A stretch of 21,914 nt of DNA from Rotaria sordida (lineage: Eukaryota), in the NCBI GenBank assembly GCA_905250005.1, contig CAJNOH010001307.1:1-21914 (forward strand), read 5' to 3'. The stretch's first letter is position 1, and every line of letters begins with the position of its first letter. The notes under the pieces are model-generated. The model saw only the letters and a list, made by a program, of their open reading frames with translations. It ran no database searches and was not told the origin of the DNA. The position numbers and the translations under genes were made by a program. Shown piece by piece: positions 1 through 10,784 of the stretch.

Positions 1-404
1 GAAGTCAAAACTAGGGGGGTGGCAGATTTACGATCTTATCCGGCGGTATCCTTTGTAATAAATAGGCACTGGCTAAAATCAAATTTACTTGAAAATATAA
101 TATCTCGATCAATGAACGTTTTTTTTTTCAGCTGAAACTTTTCGAATATTCTAAGGGTCATCAACTTTATATCTATGGACACTTGCAGATCGAAAATTCG
201 GTGGAAAAGTCATGACTTGGTTCATTAACTACAACTACTTTTACTAAGAAATTTTTCTGATATCAATATAAGTTGAAATGGTGATTAATAAATTCGGCTA
301 GCTTCCTCGTTAAACACCAGTATCTATGGTTCGATCGAAACAAACAAGAATAAATATAATGAAAACAAAAAAAAAATATATTTTAGAGAGAAATTTCATT
401 TTAC

Positions 405-892
405 CATTTGAATTCATGTTTTCCTTATTACATTTGCAAACACAAGAACAATATTTAGTTTCTAATAATGACGGTTCGACTTTCACCGTAATTTCTTCTT
501 TAACAAAAGAAAAATATATAAAAAAAACTTGATTATCTAATTTAGTTTTTACCTGAACGATTTGATGCTATTGTTTGATTAATTTTTTCAAAAATATTTT
601 GTAGTTCATCAATTGAACTGCTAGATCCATCAAGAATTTTTTTTGCTTGTTGAATCAAATTTTGTTCACGTTCAATAATCAATAGTTTTTCTTCAACAAT
701 TAGTGTAAGTGTATATATAACTGTATTTAATTCATTACGATGATTATCTAATCGTTGTTTATTTTCTTTTGTTATTTCAACATGTTTATTCAAATGATAT
801 AAACAAACAAGACGTAAACAACAATGACATTCATATAATTCTTTGATTTCATTATCACATGTTACGTCAGTACATGGACCTTTTTCGGGCAT
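405..892 (-). CDS. Cysteine-rich B-box/zinc-finger-like protein, partial gene (exons 892..553 and 497..405, continuing to lower coordinates)
   Basis: The 892..542 minus ORF starts MPEKGPCTDVTCDNEIKELYECHCCLRLVCLYHLNKHVEI with C/H spacing like a B-box, followed by a coiled-coil-like helix. A donor TCAG|GTAAAA (552/551) and acceptor TTAAAG (499/498) give a 55-nt intron. The phase-1 join continues ...NRSEEITVKVEPSLLETKYCSCVCKCNKENMNSN. Another GTAAAA donor follows at 404/403. Confidence 0.5.
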
Positions 893-3001
893 TTCTGAAA
901 AACAATAAACAATGAAATATGAATATTTATATCTGTAGTATTCTTTGAGATATGGTGTTTATCATGATCGACGAAATATTTGAAATCATTAACTGACTAA
1001 CAAACACATAAATAGGAAAGAAAAAGAGAAGAAGAAGAAAAAAGAAAAAAAAAAGAATCCAGGACATAATGCTATCATCCTTTGTTTTATCGAATAAAAT
1101 AGTTTGCCTACTAATCAATAGATATATGAATAGTTCATTGTCTGACTTTCATAACGAAATTCACTGGTGGAAGTAAACATTAAAAGAAATGATTATGAAA
1201 AATTCGTTATAATTACAATCGTTTAAAATGGATTCTCACATGTTAAGAGAAGAATACAAAAGTGAAAATGACGATACGAAGATGATTCCTCACGTCGATG
1301 ACTCCATTACCATATTTTAATCATCTTTGAATAATTTTTAACATATTTATAGAGAGTCAACATCCGAAAGAAAAGCAGTAAAATATCGAAAATCAGAACT
1401 ATCCAATGTACGAAATCTCGAAGTACAAGCGAATGGCAGAATTCAAAATATAGAAAATGTTGAATAAGGAATGAGACTGTTGGCAAGTTGTCAATATTGC
1501 ATTTTCTATCAATTTGCTTTGTTAAATGGATGAATATTCAGAGGTTTTTTTTTATACTCATCTTGAATGCAAAAATAAAAAGGATAGATAAAAAATTTAT
1601 TATATTTTCAATTCAAATAGACGCTGAGAGAATTTTGAAGTATACTCGAAATAATGAATTGATGTTTGATTGTTTGCATCTTTTGTGATCAAGAAAGACA
1701 GTTCTTATAAATATTGTTGAATATCAATTTCGGTATTATCGAGTCAATTTGAAAGTTTTTTAAGTCTCACGGTGGATGGGGGGTATGGCTGCTGTGAATG
1801 TATAAAGAACTGAAACACAAATTCACATTCTCAAACTCACACCCAAATCCATATTCAAGGTATGATGATAAATATATGGAAGAAATTTTGTCTGTAGTAA
1901 AAAGTTTTTAAGTAGATATAGATATTGAAAGAAGCAAGAATGAGAAATGGGTATTAGGGATTAAACTATATTGCTTTTTCGTACATAGAAAAATGCTTGA
2001 TATTGTTTGTTACTATTCGAATCAGATACATCAAAAACAAAAAGATAGAGAGAAAGTTAAGTTATTTTTTATTTTTATAAAGAAAACTTTGAGAGATGCG
2101 ATTGATCATGTAAATATATTTTTTGACTATATGCTATTAGTATTTGTCACAGTGTGTCCTTCATAGATGCACTAATATTTTTATTATTGACAACATTCAT
2201 AGAAGCGGGTCTTATATACAGTTTGTAAACATTTAAAAGAAAAGCCTAGGAAGTATTTGAGTTTCAGTCGAATATGAAATGTGGTAGCTAGCATGAATCT
2301 TGAGCTCCAAAAAAACAACATATAATGAAAAAGAAATAATTTTTTTCTACTATTTATCATGAATCACTATTCTGTCCTAAACATTTTTTGCGTTTTAGAT
2401 AAGTCAACTATTTTCGATTATCGGTATAGTTCTAAACTATTATGTTTTGATCGATCAGTTAATCGAAGGAAGGGTGTTTGTTTTGTTTCATCAGATCACG
2501 AGTATTTTGTGATAGTTGATCTATTAGTTTCAATTGAAATTCTTGTTAGTATTCATTAATGCCTCTTGTGGCGTTCATTACCATTGGTTTTGTTCTTTGT
2601 CGATCGAACAGCAGAAATACCAAGTGTATGATGACTAATTTCGATTGTTTGATCAATTCTTTGTTTATTGATATTTCATCTGATGATAACGTTCTCAATA
2701 AATGGGTTAGAAAATGCTGAATCTTTTTGTTTAAGCTTGTTTTTCAAATAGTCTTTTATTCTTGTTGAATATATCATTCGAGATTGTTGCTTTTATAAAC
2801 CATCATGTTTGGCAAGTTCAATCATATTAGTTTTTTTTTTTACATGAAGATAGCACAAACTTCACGGAAAAGGCAGCATAAATCAAATGTAAAGCATTAA
2901 GAGATGAAATCTTAAAGTACAATTTATATGAAGAAGTTTTAGATCCTTTTTCAAAACATTTCAATGAAAAGAGACGTTATTCTACACTATAAAAAAGGTT
3001 T

Positions 3002-3160
3002 TGTGTAGGTGTGGGTGTGGGTGTGAGTGTCGGTGTGGGTTGGTGTGGATGTGCGTGTGAGTGTGGGTCTCGGTCTGGGTCTGGGTGGGGGTGAATGTAG
3101 GTAAGAGGGAATACTAGACTCATATCCACACCTACACTTACACTCACACACACCCCAACC
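3002..3160. repeat. Telomere-like foldback hairpin 1: (TGTGGG)-type arm 3002-3102, (CCCACA)-type arm 3126-3160
   Basis: Direct reading: gtgtaggtgtgggtgtgggtgtgag... followed by ...ccacacctacacttacactcacacacaccccaacc. Confidence 0.8.
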
Positions 3161-3541
3161 TTCAAAGAAACCTGGTCCAATCCTACAAAGATCCTGTCAA
3201 GAAGCTTGATAATATCTTCAAGAAAATCTGATCAGATCCTGAAAGATATGATCAGAAATCGGTTTTTTCCAATTTGAGTTATTGAAATCCTGACAAGATC
3301 ATGGAATTCCATGGCTACACGTTTCTTCCAGGATTTGTGGGTTTCGTGGTAGAATCCTGAAGCAAAAGACTATGACAATCCTGTCAGTATCCTAGAGAAT
3401 CTTGTTTGAAATCTTGGCAGGGTCCCGAAAGATCATGGCTGCCCGTTTCTTTCAGGATTTGGTCGTTTTCTCAGGAGAAAAAGCGAATTCTTGCAAGATC
3501 CTGATGATATCCGCTAAGGATCCGGCACTGAAACATCAAAG

Positions 3542-3603
3542 AGGGTGTGGGGTGTGGGTGTGGATCGGAGATAACATTCAGACCCACACCCACACCCACA
3601 CTC
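3542..3603. repeat. Telomere-like foldback hairpin 2
   Basis: gagggtgtggggtgtgggtgtgg, a short spacer, then gacccacacccacacccacactc; near-perfect inverted repeat. Confidence 0.85.
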
Positions 3604-3817
3604 TTGATCCTCAAAAAGTTATTTAATTACTATTGAACTATTCGATATTATCTGGTTATTTTTATTTAAATGAAAAATCATTTATTTCTTCTTGAATCGA
3701 TAACGATAACGATTTACATTTGATAAATTAAATCAAATGTTCAATAATTATATTCAACAACTGTTCATTTTTCTCTTCTTTTTATAATTTAATAAAAAAT
3801 GAACTTTAAGATGATGA

Positions 3818-5775
3818 TTATTTTTTGTTAGTGTTGTAGAATTTTAATAATTTTGCATCGAGATCCTCACAATTCTGAAATCTAAAACGAGAACTAATTA
3901 AAATTTTATTTTATAATATGAAAAATATCTTACTTGTATTTATTTTTGACTGGTACCACATAAGTTTTTATATCAATATCAAGACTTTGATGTGGATGAA
4001 GATCATTCTAAAATTTATGTCATATTTCATACTTTAATTTGTAAATAATTTATACTTACGATAAATAACATTTCAATCTTTTCTTCTTTTTCAATTAATT
4101 TAATGCATTTTGCTTCATTTTGATTTGTAAAGCTAATTGAATGATCGTTGTTACCTCTTTTAAAATATTCCATTACGTTATGTATCGTCTATAAAAAGAA
4201 AAGAAATTTTGTTTAAATTCAAAAAAAATCAAACATTTTTTTTTACTTTATTTTCCGGTAGGTGTTCAAAGATGAATACGTGTACATACAAAACGATCAT
4301 ATCATAACCGTTAACGATATCCTTTTCATTTTTTCGTAACAAGGTTTTTAATAAGAAATCCATGGAAAATGTAGAAAAGATATTATCCTGAGTTTAAAAA
4401 AGAAATTGAATTTTTCTTAATTGAATTTCAATTGGAACATAAATTGAATAATTTTCTTCTAAATTTAAAATATTTATTTTTCCACCTTTAAACGTTAAAT
4501 GTCCCAAATCTAAACAAATCATTGATGATGTTGTTCTAAATTAAAAAATAAATTATTAAAAAGAAAAAAGAAAAGAAATACTGAACTGTTAAATTGATTG
4601 ATATTCAGATAAAATAAAATAAATTGATTGGAATTCTAAATTAATATCGAAATCTTGAATTTTTTTAAGATTTTCATTTAATAAAAATTGTGTTTGATGT
4701 TTCTACCATGGACAAAATTAACGCGACACGTATTTTTGATAGATATTTTCATTAGTGGTCAATCATGTCAAATATGAGCTTTTCAGAAAATTTTTTCGTC
4801 TATAGGACTTTGCAGAGCTCGTTTCGCTGGTCATTTTGATTAAAAAAAATATTGAAATTTACCCAATAAATAATGGCCATTAGAGTCAAAATACTCAAAA
4901 CTTACCACTGTTCGTGACCATTGCTGAGTAATAGGTGATATTTTTGAGTATTCTGAGCCAAGATCCGTTATTTATCAGGTAAATCTGGATATCTTTTTTA
5001 CTAAAATGATCTGCGAAACGAGCTCTACAAATCCCTATAGACGAAAAAAATTTTTGATAAGCTCATATTTGACATGATTGACCATTAATGAAAATATCTA
5101 TCAAAAATACGTGTCGCGTTAATTTTGTCCATGGTAGTTTAATATCAGTATAAATTAAATAAGCAGCTTCTTTTATTCTAAATTAAAAATAAAAAAAAAT
5201 TAATTTTATTTAAAAAGAATTATTTTTTTATCCTTCTAAATCATGATGACGATCAAGAAGAAAACATTGAATTAATTGATTAATTGTTTTATAATTGTCG
5301 TATCTCCAAGGAAGAGAAGAGACAGAGAAATATAGAAGTGTGTAACTAAATGACGTAGAAGGATGAATGAATGTTTATTTGAAAATAACAAAAAGGATAT
5401 ATTGCGTAAGGACAATATATAAATACGCAATAGAACAAGATCGAGGTCAATTTTAATTGTTTATAAACTTTGACTGCGATCGAAAGAAACAAAAGAAAAT
5501 GAGATCACAGAAAGAAGAGATATAAGAACGAAAAGAAAAAATGATAAGATATAGTAATGTCACTATATCACAATAATCATAATAAATAATTAAAGATTGT
5601 GATAAACCATGAATTCTATAATCAACATTTGCCTTAATTGGATTACTTTCAAATTCCAAATGTAAAAAGTTTTCTTTTTTTCTATCAAATTGTGTTCAAT
5701 TAATATTGATTGATTTATACCAAACATTTCTAATGATTGACAATCAAAAAAAATTATCCTAAAAATAAAATAATG
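3818..5775 (-). pseudogene. VPS13/chorein-like gene fragment, multi-exon, probably a pseudogene, interrupted by a MITE
   Basis: Minus-strand exon-like blocks in order: IIFFDCQSLEMFGINQSILIEHNLIEKKKTF; (frame change) LHLEFESNPIKANVDYRIHGLSQSLIIYYD; YDNYKTINQLIQCFLLDRHHDLEG; IKEAAYLIYTDIK[MITE]HQTQFLLNENLKKIQDFDINLEFQSIYFILSEYQSI*; TTSSMICLDLGHLTFKGGKINILNLEENYSIYVPIEIQLRKIQFLF*TQDNIFSTFSMDFLLKTLLRKNEKDIVNGYDMIVLYVHVFIFEHLPENK; TIHNVMEYFKRGNNDHSISFTNQNEAKCIKLIEKEEKIEMLFI; NDLHPHQSLDIDIKTYVVPVKNKYK; FQNCEDLDAKLLKFYNTNKK*. The order and motifs (LEFExNP...DYRI...L.I.YD; D.NLEFQS.YFI.SE; ..CLDLGHL) resemble the VPS13 N-terminal region as I recall it. Product call is from memory. Confidence 0.55.
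4703..5137. mobile_element. 435-bp foldback MITE with long inverted arms, starting CTACCATGGACAAAATTAACGCGACACG
   Basis: Left end ctaccatggacaaaattaacgcgacacgtatttttgatagatattttcatta(g/a)tggtcaatcatgtcaaatatgagctt matches the reverse complement of the right end almost exactly. Weaker complementarity runs on toward the centre (atttaccc...aataaataa / atttacctgataaataa). Flanked by TTT on both sides. Confidence 0.9.
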
Positions 5776-5863
5776 AATTTTCAAATTTTAAAAATTCAAT
5801 TAATTTTATTGTTTTTACATAAAATCATCTTTAGCTGGTCGACGTTGATATCCGAATTGACTT

Positions 5864-6034
5864 TGTGGGTGTGGATGTAGGTTAGCTTGTAGAGAAAATA
5901 AGCACACCCACACACACACCTGCCACCCCCACACTCACACCCACACCCACACACCCACACCCACACCCGCACACTCACACCCACACCCACACACCCACAC
6001 CCACCCACACCCACACTCACACCCACACCCACCC
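5864..6034. repeat. Telomere-like foldback hairpin 3 (asymmetric; G-rich arm 5864-5884, C-rich arm 5904-6034)
   Basis: ttgtgggtgtggatgtagg, then a long run of cccacacccacac... units. Confidence 0.75.
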
Positions 6035-6259
6035 GTCGTATGGGATAAAATATTCAAACTTGCTCTTTGAGTTGGAACCTAAAATTTTTGAGTCCCATAT
6101 CTTATGGGAGCGGACATCTACAGAAAATTTTTCGTCCTACGGGATATGGGACATTTCAATCATAAAATATCTTCCGAAAGAGATGAAAATTATTCAAACG
6201 CTTATCGATCGACTCGTATCTGTACATACGTGACAGCCTTAAAAATATTATTGACAATT

Positions 6260-7670
6260 CCCTAGTGAAAATACTCATCAAGCGAGTACGACTTTCCAGC
6301 ATGAGTACTCATATTACTCGCACGAGTACTCGACGATTTTGATGTGTATGTATACTCTTCGTGTACTCTAATGAGTACTCATACGAGTTTTTCTTTGGAA
6401 ATTTACTCAAAGGCAGATATATCAGTACTCAGTGTAGTACTCATAGTCTTTTTTTCGCAGACCATTTAACAAGACACTTATGCACTAGTATATAGAAAAA
6501 TAAATTGAGATTATATAATAAAGCAAAATGATGCAGTAAAATGAAAACCCGAGAAAAATTATTTCATTGACTTATTTATTCGATCCTCTATTCCTTTTGA
6601 TGAATCATCTACACGACTAAGATAAATGGTGATGTTCAGAAAGAAAAAAAAATGATTTTTCGTTCTCATTTGTTAACTTAGGTGAGATTGAATTTTTTTA
6701 AACATATCAACGTAGATTCGCTTTAATTTTATTTCCTAAATTTAGATTAAAAAAATCTTCCATTAAAATATAGTTTTTCAGATTGACTATCAAATGCTAT
6801 GAAAAGGAAGACGACCAATGACTTTTATTATAAATCGGTCGCAGTTTTAAAACAAGAAGATGTGTGAATAAACTACCAACAAACAATTTTATTCTGTGTT
6901 TATTTTTTTGTAGATTCCCACATAAATGTAGATAGTTACGAATGTAAAAATACCTGTTTAAGTTTTTTGTATAACAAGCAATACTGTACGTTTATTTACT
7001 ATCACATCTCTCATTATCGGTGATTAATTTATTTTTTTCCTCCTTCACTGTATTTTACTGTCCTTAATTCGTGTTGTATTGTACTCTGTATTCAAGATAT
7101 AGCTAAAGAAATTTTCATTATTAGAGAAAATAGTTAACTGTTTTCTTTTTTTTTACATAATGAAATACGATTTTATTTATTTTTTGAAAGAGAAAAGAAA
7201 AGAATAAATAAAATTGTATTTTTATTGTAGAAAAACAAAGAAAAAATTTAACTTTCTTCACTAATGATGAAGATTGCTATGACCATATTCTTTATGCTAA
7301 AATATGTGAAGCTGATGTCAAAGTTGTAGTTCTCATTTCGACCATTTTACTCAAATTTTCATTGTGTGTGGTTGTGGCTTTTGTAATATTCTAATATTAA
7401 ATAAAAATTGATGTAGTACAACGGTACTAACCAAAAGATATGCTTATGAGTATTTTACACAGGCCAGCAGAGTACACAGAAACTAGATAGGAGTACTCAC
7501 AAAATACTCAATATTACACAGCGAGTACTCGATCGTCGTACTCAGATAGTCAGATTCTAGCATGAGTACGGCTGTTGAGTACTCAAAACCTATGAGTACT
7601 CATGAGTACTCGTGACATTTTCTAGCGTGAGTACTTTTTGAGTACTCGCCTATGAGTACCTTCACTAGGG
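6260..7670. mobile_element. Non-autonomous TIR element, about 1411 bp, termini CCCTAGTGAA..TACTCAT..GCGAGTAC, GAGTACTC-rich subterminal regions
   Basis: Left CCCTAGTGAAAATACTCATCAAGCGAGTAC versus right (reverse complement) CCCTAGTGAAGGTACTCATAGGCGAGTAC. Both ends carry clusters of GAGTACTC (3 left, 6 right). No transposase ORF inside. Confidence 0.75.
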
Positions 7671-8479
7671 AACTAACAACGTTTGGAATTTGCTCAAATT
7701 CTTTTTATTGGTTTTTTATTTTTTTGGCAGAAATACTGGAAAACTCTCTTCAAGAAGAATATAAACTACTCGTTGAATTCTTTATAGTCGTATTGTTCGA
7801 CGAATCTTTTCTCAATGAACGGATAATTTGTTCAACTGTGTATTTATAAATATCTAGTGCAGAATCAGAAGTAGAAGTGAGAGAGACTTGATTATAGAAG
7901 ACAAAACTGTGATCGAACACATCGATAAAATTGGGTCTCAAATAGAGCTCGGCGGTTCCAAAAAAAATCGGAACTGGAACCATTTTTTACAGTTTCTGAT
8001 AATCGAAACCAGATTTGGAACTGTTCGAATTGAAAAATTTTAATGACGAATGCTATCGTCAATATTTCTTTGTCATTCTGTGATTTATGCACAAATAAAA
8101 TCTTCATCCTTGCTTCGAAATTAGAGTCGTTTTTTTTTTCAATTTTTCTAACCGGGACTGCGGTTCTGGGTCTGAGCGTTTTTTTGAAATCGTCGAGTTC
8201 TACTTTCAACAAAAGAGGACGAATTATTCAGAGACATTCTACTAGTAATAAGCAAAAACAAAATCGAATCACTTGTTACTATTACAATAAATCGAGTCTC
8301 ATACCTTCTTGACTTGCTGATGCATCATCATTTTCCTTGGCATCAGGTGGGGATGTTCTCTATTTCATCCAATCACACCCAGATCCACATCCTCAAATAT
8401 ATTGATAACGCAGTTACGGTTAAAATAAAGTGTTTTAAACTATAAAAATTAAATTCAAAGCAAACATTCTTTAAAAAAA

Positions 8480-8582
8480 TTAAAGTTAAAGTAGAATTTT
8501 TCACAAAAAAAAAAATTTTGGAAAAGAAGCATTTCTTTCATTAAAAAGATTATTTTTGTGAAAAAATTTACTTTAACTTTAA
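8480..8582. repeat. Short AT-rich inverted repeat / MITE-like hairpin
   Basis: taaagttaaagtagaatttttcacaaaaa (8481-8509) versus reverse complement of tttttgtgaaaaaatttactttaacttta (about 8553-8581). Confidence 0.6.
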
Positions 8583-9023
8583 AGCGCTACTCCTAACGCT
8601 TAGACTGTTACTTCTAACATATGAACACACAGATCGAAAAATTCTTGAAATGGAATGCATTCCATTAGCAAGTAAGTTGTGATTAAGTGAGAACTTAATC
8701 TTACATATCGTAAGTTTTTATGCCAGTAAACCAAACTTTTTTGGATTATTGACTCGAGTTAACGTTCCCAAATTTTCAAGTCCGAGTCATGATTCGAACT
8801 CGCTCATCCCTGATATGACGTATAAGGAATCTATGAGTATACATGGATACATATATGTTCCAGATGTCACTTTTTTTCACGGAATATATGATGCTATTTT
8901 TCCATTGAACAATAGAAAACCATTAAAAATATTAGTCTTACTTTATAAAATGTAATTTTTTTGTTCGTTGAATATTATTGTAATTAACATATTATAGATT
9001 AAAAAAGTAAACTGTTCCACATT

Positions 9024-10784
9024 ATGTCTGTTCGTTATTGTTTTCTCGATTCTTTTCCCGTAGAAATAATTCATATGATATTTGATTATCTTTCAACATG
9101 TGATATTCTTCATGGATTTTTAAAACTAAGTACATATATTAATTCAATTGTTTTAAATTACAATCATTATCAAATTAATTTTCGATCAATTTTAAAATAT
9201 GATTTTGATTTAATATGTCAGCATATTAGACCAAATAAAATGGTATCATTAATATTATCTGATGGAATTGATACACCTCATCGATCTGATGTATTTTTAT
9301 CATTATTTAAACTTGAAGAATTTTATTTAACTCTACAATGTTTAACACTTCAAGATATAAATAATCAATCAATGGAATTAATTATCAATCATTTAGATAA
9401 GTTTAATAATTTATCATCATTAACAATACTAAATAATAATTTAATACCTTCATCGATATTAAAAAATTTATTTACTCGATTAATTCGATTAAATATATCT
9501 TGTGAATGGTTTTTTTATAATATAACATTAATGCATCAACTTAAATATTTAACAATAACTAATCGATGTACATTCAATCAATTAGAACATATTATTCATC
9601 ATATTCCAAATCTTATTTCATTAAATATTTGTCTTGAACGAGAAAATAGAGCAACTATTCAAGGAATAACTTCAAATCTGACTCGACTTGTTCTTAATAT
9701 ATCAAGTAAATTATTAACATTATTTAATAAAAAATATTTTGATATTTTTTTTTCTTTATAAATAGTATTTCAAATGAATATGATTCATATGAAAGATTTG
9801 TTATGTTGTTTTCCATATCTTATTTATTTTGAAGTTGAATGTCGAAGTGATCTTGATTTATGTGATGGACATGAATGGGAAAGATTTATTATAGAAAAAT
9901 TATCTCGTTTAAAAACTTTTTATTTTAAATTTCAATTAAAATCAACAATTATTCTTAATGCAATAGCTATTCAAAATATTTTACATTCATATTCAAGTTC
10001 ATATTGGCTGAATGAAAAACATTGGTTTATTGCAATAGAATGGAATCAAAAATTAATTTATTCAGTTCCACGATTTTCATGTGAATCAGCTGATTCAAAT
10101 TTTCGTCCACCATTTCATTGTACAACATTGAATAAATCGATTTTTTATGATCATATAAATGCACTAGCTGTATGGGAACAAACAGAATATCAATTTTTAA
10201 ATGTAAAAGAACTTTGGCTTATTGATGATCCATTAACAATAAATTTAGAATTAATAATAGATTTAAATCGAATAGAACGTTTAATATTTGTTTCATCAAA
10301 AATAGATTTTTCATCTAATATATTAATTGATCTTATTAATAAAATGAAAAATTTAATTTCTATTCAATTTTATGATATTCCATTATCACTTAATCAATAT
10401 GAACAAGAAATTTTTATTAAACAAGTTCGTTCAATTGAATTAACAAGAGATTATAAATCATTTTCATTAATTGAAAAATTAAATAAATTATTTCCTCAAA
10501 TTGAACGTTTACGAATTAAAATTAAATCTAATAAAGATATTGAAAAAATCTTAAATATATTTTCAAAATCTTTATCAATTGTTATTTTTTATTATGATAC
10601 ATCAAATATAATAATTAATCAAAAATCAATAGAAAATATTTTAGATCATTCAAATTTTACATTTACAATTGATAATAATTCTATTAGACTTTGGATTGGA
10701 TTACCGAATGTTAGTTTTTATGTTTATTTTATTTATTTTAATAATATTTATTTTATTTTAGATATCGAAACAAGTTCAAATTGA
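9024..10784 (+). CDS. F-box/leucine-rich-repeat-like protein (exon 1 9024-9705; 60-nt intron 9706-9765; exon 2 from 9766). The 3' end may lie downstream if a second intron, 10710-10761, is used
   Basis: N-terminus MSVRYCFLDSFPVEIIHMIFDYLSTCDILHGFLKLSTYINSIV is F-box-like, followed by LRR-like hydrophobic repeats. The two listed ORFs (9024-9761, 9774-10784) are in the same frame, separated by TAA. GTAAAT...TTTATAAATAG removes the stop in phase 1, giving ...LVLNIS-I-FQMNMIHMKDLLCCFPYLIYFEVECR. Confidence 0.85.

Noticed and set aside
7892-8312. Overlapping ORFs 7892..8212 (-) and 8043..8312 (+) as candidate novel genes
   Set aside because: No recognisable motif, overlapping opposite strands, and no convincing splice or start context.
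9759-9761. In-frame TAA splitting the F-box gene into two ORFs, suggesting a pseudogene
   Set aside because: A 60-nt GT..AG intron with exact phase match removes it and gives continuous protein-like sequence.
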